64,000 nucleotides of DNA, taken from NCBI GenBank assembly GCA_021153325.1, contig JAGKTQ010000002.1, positions 22,774 to 86,773 on the forward strand, read 5' to 3'. The first letter of the stretch is position 1; every line of letters begins with the position of its first letter. A program made the position numbers and the translations under genes. This DNA is from Lachnospiraceae bacterium. Lineage in GTDB: Bacteria > Bacillota > Clostridia > Lachnospirales > Lachnospiraceae. Positions 61,101-64,000 of the stretch are shown here, one piece after another. A model generated the notes under the pieces. That model worked only from the letters and a program-made list of their open reading frames with translations, was not told the DNA's origin and ran no database searches.

Positions 61101-64000
61101 AGAAAATCGTATTGGAAAATGGCGTGACCTTGACGGTAAATGGCACTGTGACAGCGGATAAATTGGAAATGAATGCAGGGGCAGTACTGGATGCTTCGAA
61201 TGGTGGAGCAGTCAAGGTAAAAGATGTTACTGTGACAGGGGATGCTATTGCTACAATCCAATATGGCAGAGATAAAAACAGTAATCCGAATCTGACTATT
61301 AGTGGTGAGATTACGATTGCATCTAAACTCATTTTAAATTTGAATGCGGATGGTGTTCTGGTGCAGGATTATAAACTGGAGCCGGATGCTTCCAAGTTAG
61401 CAAATGGTGTGACTCAGGTCAAATTAACGAATAACAAGAAACTGGCAACTGTAGAAAAAACATTTGACCAAAGCAAGCTTACCATGCAGTTAAATGGGAA
61501 CGTAGTGGATGATGAAACCTATGATGTAGTAAAAGCAAATAAAGGTCTGTATGTTGTGGATGTGGGAAGCGGAGCAAATACAGTAACCCTTGATTTTGGT
61601 GGAATATCCTATAAGTTCCTTGACTTTACACAGGCAGTTAACGAGATCAGCAACTTGAAACAAAAAGATGCCTCGGTGACGATAGCCTTTGATAAGGATA
61701 TAACGGATACCAATGTGACAGATGATAAGGCAGTGAGTGCGATCACAATGCCGAAAACGGGTACTTGTGCGGATCTTACTTTAGCCGGTGAGATAATATC
61801 TGGTGAAAATGCTTGTATGAACTTTAGTGGAAATCTGTCTTATGCAGGCAGTTTGCGCTTAAGTAAAATCAAGCTTGTCGTAACCGGTACTACAACGATA
61901 GGTACGCTCACACTGGAAAATGCGAGCAGCATGATCACCAGTGGTACAGCAACGATAACTACCTTGAACCTTTGCGATACAAGTAGTCTGGATGCGTTAG
62001 GAAAAACAACGATCACAAACATAAATGCAACGAGCATAACGGTATCAGAAAATAAAGATGCTTCGGCTTATATCGCTACCAGACAGGTAAATAACAAGAA
62101 GACGGGAGTGCCGGAAACACAGCTTATAGTAAAAGGAACGGTTAACATGGACAAGCTTCCGCTTCCTGTTAAAGTATGGAAGGAAGAGTCTACCGTTGAA
62201 AATCTTGTTGAAGTGGACAGATATACGGAAACAACGAGTACCGTGGATGACGCTACAGAAACCATAGATGCTGTCGGACTGGTAGTGGCACCGAAAGAAA
62301 ATGCGAATAAATTTATTGCATATAACCTGCGTATATACAGTACAGCGTCCGGGGATGGTTCTGCTACCATAGAGACGATGGTGGCTAATAACGAGGACAT
62401 TACAAAGGATAAGTGGGCAGCTTATAAAGATAGCAGCAATGTTGTGAAGAACGGAAATACGGATAACATGAAAGTGTGCATCAGCAAAGATGGCGATGCA
62501 GGTGTGACCTATGCGAAATCCTTTGAGGAAGCCGTGAAGTTCATCGACACGATGGGAGACACCAAAGCTTCTTACACGATCAAACTGCTGAAAGGTACGG
62601 AGGAAGACCAGACAGAAATTAAAACAGCGAAAAATGGAACTGCCTATGGAGCTCTCACACTTCCTACAAAGGCAGCTAGTGTAACGATCGATGGACAAGG
62701 TAATACGCTTAGCTATACCGGGAAGCTGACGCCGAAGTGCAACATCACTTTTGAAAACATTGTTCTGACAGAGGGAACGGTAGATAAGAGCGGAAACTTT
62801 ACTCCTTCTTATACGATCACACTTGCGTATGGAAGTGGAGCTTATCAGGTTGCATTTGGAGAAGGAGTCTCTACATTAAAACCCGAAGCTTCCGAAGACG
62901 AGATGATGCAATGGGCAGATTTGGTATTGGAGTCCGTTAGTGGAAGTAAGGGAACGTTGCAGATTTCTGGTGTAGATAAGGTTTATGTAAAAGGTGCGCT
63001 TTCTGTAAAAGAAGCAGTGATTACTGGCACGGAAATGGTCGTGGCAAAAGATGTTACTGTGACAAGTCAATTCACTATGAAAAAAGATGACAGCGAGAGT
63101 TCTTTGGAAAGTCAGACAGGCAAGCTGCAGATGGGAACCCTGTCTGTGGATGGCGCTAGTGCGCCTTCTATAAAAGCGCCAGGAGCGATCACGATAGGAT
63201 GCCTTAAGGCAAACGATGCTTCTGCTGCTTTAACGATTGATACTTGCTTTACAAAGACATCCAATGCAAAACAACAGTCGGTGACGCAGTTGACCATCAA
63301 TGAAAAAGCCGATCAGGATGTTGCAGTTACCATAGCTCCCAGGATGTATGACTTTGAGAGTAAGACATATCATCCAATGACTTATGAGGAAGCAGTGGCA
63401 ATGAACGTAACGGATGCTTCAAAGAAACCAGAAAGTTCAAAGAAGATTGCAAGTATGCCAAAATATGATGGAAATAACATTTCCCTTGTGTATTCCAACG
63501 ATGGCGAAAACTTTGCTATAGACACACCGCTGACGACAATTGCTGAAAAGCAAGTATCCGGGTATAAGTATGAAGGTGGCTATTATATTACTACCATGAC
63601 ACCGGCAATAAAAGTACGAGGATTTTCTTCAGATTCAGAAACAACGAAAAAACAAGTCTATACAGGCACGTTCTTTAGCTGGGAACAGGCAATAAAAGAA
63701 ATTGACAGGATAGGAAACAAGAGCAACTGCTATGATATTGTTTTGTTAAAAAATATCGGTGATATTACAAACGAGGAAGCGCCAATTGGCACACTTACGA
63801 TGCCTTCCAAAGCAAATAGCATAACGGTAAAATCGGGAACGACAGCGGATGGTGCAGAAAAGGATAATACAAAGTATATTTTCTTTACAAAGAACAGTAT
63901 TGCCTTAAAATGTGATACTACTTTTGAGGGTATTGGCTTGATGGCAGTGAAGAAGATGGGTAAATCTCCTGCCACATGGTACGATTCCATTACTTTCAAT
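55184..64000 (+). CDS. 5' part (at least 2,939 codons) of a giant secreted modular repeat protein (putative surface adhesin/beta-solenoid fibre). The 3' end lies beyond the window
   Basis: RBS AAGGAGG (55170-55176) precedes ATG 55184. The frame has no stop codon up to base 64000, so the closed-ORF track does not list it, and only short antisense ORFs are listed across this 8.8 kb. Signal peptide MKKRVMAFMLCMAMILGDTSYAFA/AE, then an acidic S/E/Q/T-rich spacer, then at least 8 divergent modules that each contain an [LI]T[ML]P-like anchor motif. Confidence 0.85.
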   Translation, partial: MKKRVMAFMLCMAMILGDTSYAFAAETSDSAATTQTTDSQQVTETTSGETDNQTGEDTQQSQSDENTKEENTADESQTGVTQPSESQTDESQTGESQPNESQPEESQSEEESSEVSESVEESGEEESTTEETLTEEFLEPILDGADGENVEDVEDASVRVEQKQNDEWIGKEYDSLDSAIAGLTTDFGGKETDYTITFLTDTTLTKNVTIPSFVKQLNLNANENRTGEGTLESVTAVTLDFNNYSMTIPGTASIQEGLYITNSATGANKSNLTVNSADVENESCALNLVGRDAGIKFVDCDGNEVQDRASREFISKINVVVANGTIWFGAEKEGTYKIRSSMNAKSVYVCEGTEAELTALTLTGGRADIGGVCDVDVMTMSNAKLYVEEQATFCADSITVKTPYVFDVIGDYTIENLGSFTVSTLTMPSGSFYNEGTAKGTKWIMTSATIRNNGELDLDDTLDMSKGTFYNGDREHKANAVVTNVKSMKDFYNTEVYYYKEDALNKDGSSFTAYTFTQVSAGKAYLEANSKMYIKQSAVIYNTVLRGEYGDGEQECAYECAYIYQKENAAVALEGSVTQENAKFKLGYGIFDDEDGNSLKTLDKGTKLFTTKITTFPVDYVMVQQPEESSNIGAYQQGQEIRVGSNCITVYAQSADGSETIAIRSFTKWEDAATYLNSLSNASMSYVIVLTEDLDIGGTLTLPKSASKVEFRGDADNGGSISLTYKGDISLTTNTVFRNIDLHAQNTKTGAEYYSIVKLNGKNLELINTEATFTSITGTTASDLIIMGDEESNSIPTVTVTGAISNLNTLEVNYADCIIGNNLKATSAAITGVNYIVLKQANVEVWNGSVTVKVNATLEESELYVHDTGAISIAGTTTLESGVLLTEAGKITLKDVCSLNDKNALCYGGNTSKNGLTITGTVYGPESGDYYGDKKVAKNENNVYVTVNDTVEGNYIRKAALELVMYSLEDEENPDGVVLLSAPKVQAEWFVVCDDNGNITSLTHKESGSKANTANILYGALEDARVVLKQGNEIYGYYATLQGAFDEIERIGNAAGSYIIEIKDDTATDGAKELTTPTKAESIEICKSGTVGAESDIVISYKSTLTLKTNLTFQDVTLAPQAATNKMVLNDYRLAFEEDAVLSNEGKSTTVSGSGVAKNSCLSISECTEAFTFSSMVNVGELALAESTTTVYVNGTINIGDVAVSGNPTLYGFAKKVTRGTKDPYDITKIETDIKINGGVYAQVEGSSLVLGLREKKDGVYQVIDFYSNVEDEGKLVENGIQLAYAPNVYSDIVKVATTETAENGSVIKEGNVSKNDSGILTKSGGYLTYRDRADLGVILSYEDKNGETVETWCRTFAEAVTEINNLKTKRDYNILLLSETENVSYETPAVLTMPNKNYVDSLFITGWDSENSISGEVTPVTLYYTGNIVLSAKTILGDVDFVQMTKVNGSYVRVDDEEAKGDYPSAISFSTAGNNLTIAGEVTFNTPVNFAGANKETFRIANGTELDVMDGGTSYTGQLCTVTNESVKEDAAQGEGYILGSISKFAEIYIEDNQSITVIQYATVLSSGQKKYTAAKVEATTLYMEDGAVLSVGYSDNCIDTATPSVKFTNTFMESEGMLEVGGKAAFTNVTLAGDEPCIMVTNDFNITGTLTNTAKNATFITVRKGENKAPYLNISGKIMMEDVSANRITVEVMDYYAGYVDYVDGYGDISGVPAASLENDPEKTAPNETAQLLTAKNATANMFIPSEDNAAQRGEYSVENTDGYMVSKTGNNLYVYYGDEVEVALVEGIEYQTLSEAEEKGAVLGYYATFKDAVSAIEAKKDKTATYTLLLLQNVGESVPVSLTMPKTASKVKICGDITAGEGKDIYFTGNLTLGTHTEFAHVTFQPVKKSGSIYVGNTFHIANGAFALELVDVTIGETDKMALGNVTGNNNGTLTLSSTNLEVSGAVTKQSNITVTGSNQKPIKGNVQSKKIVLENGVTLTVNGTVTADKLEMNAGAVLDASNGGAVKVKDVTVTGDAIATIQYGRDKNSNPNLTISGEITIASKLILNLNADGVLVQDYKLEPDASKLANGVTQVKLTNNKKLATVEKTFDQSKLTMQLNGNVVDDETYDVVKANKGLYVVDVGSGANTVTLDFGGISYKFLDFTQAVNEISNLKQKDASVTIAFDKDITDTNVTDDKAVSAITMPKTGTCADLTLAGEIISGENACMNFSGNLSYAGSLRLSKIKLVVTGTTTIGTLTLENASSMITSGTATITTLNLCDTSSLDALGKTTITNINATSITVSENKDASAYIATRQVNNKKTGVPETQLIVKGTVNMDKLPLPVKVWKEESTVENLVEVDRYTETTSTVDDATETIDAVGLVVAPKENANKFIAYNLRIYSTASGDGSATIETMVANNEDITKDKWAAYKDSSNVVKNGNTDNMKVCISKDGDAGVTYAKSFEEAVKFIDTMGDTKASYTIKLLKGTEEDQTEIKTAKNGTAYGALTLPTKAASVTIDGQGNTLSYTGKLTPKCNITFENIVLTEGTVDKSGNFTPSYTITLAYGSGAYQVAFGEGVSTLKPEASEDEMMQWADLVLESVSGSKGTLQISGVDKVYVKGALSVKEAVITGTEMVVAKDVTVTSQFTMKKDDSESSLESQTGKLQMGTLSVDGASAPSIKAPGAITIGCLKANDASAALTIDTCFTKTSNAKQQSVTQLTINEKADQDVAVTIAPRMYDFESKTYHPMTYEEAVAMNVTDASKKPESSKKIASMPKYDGNNISLVYSNDGENFAIDTPLTTIAEKQVSGYKYEGGYYITTMTPAIKVRGFSSDSETTKKQVYTGTFFSWEQAIKEIDRIGNKSNCYDIVLLKNIGDITNEEAPIGTLTMPSKANSITVKSGTTADGAEKDNTKYIFFTKNSIALKCDTTFEGIGLMAVKKMGKSPATWYDSITFN

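Overview
Moderately AT-rich chromosomal segment. Gene content (spoVG, spoVT, spoIID, a SpoIIQ-like protein, glgCD, T-box ileS, preQ1-queT) points to a spore-forming Firmicute of the Clostridia, probably Lachnospiraceae-like; this taxonomy is inference only. Most of the window is core genome. In order it holds: a complete F1Fo ATP synthase operon (atpBEFHAGDC plus the tail of an atpI-like gene); a methyltransferase; an 843-aa membrane-anchored protein coupled to a Cache/degenerate-GGDEF/EAL protein; an XRE regulator; riboswitch-controlled queT; mscL; prs; a dnaD-like/dnaI-like helicase-loader pair preceded by a DnaA-box cluster; murC; glgCD; spoVG; pth; mfd; a KdpD-like/KdpE-like two-component pair; trpB2; spoVT; pncB; T-box-controlled type-2 ileS; glgP; an MBOAT/DHHW acyltransferase pair; an aconitase-family hydratase; spoIID plus a degenerate-LytM protein; an amidohydrolase; a GH9-like lipoprotein; ddl-murF; and plsC. 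Two regions look accessory. (i) 44.8-46.6 kb is a sigma-28-promoted flagellin whose variable region carries an HExxH metalloprotease motif (proteolytic-flagellin type). It is 5'-deleted and interrupted by an in-frame TAG, and no other flagellar gene is in the window. (ii) From 55184 to the window edge runs one uninterrupted ORF of at least 2,939 codons. It is absent from the supplied ORF track because it never closes. It encodes a secreted giant protein built from at least eight divergent copies of a module I cannot assign to a named family. No rRNA, tRNA, CRISPR array, transposase or prophage gene was recognised.
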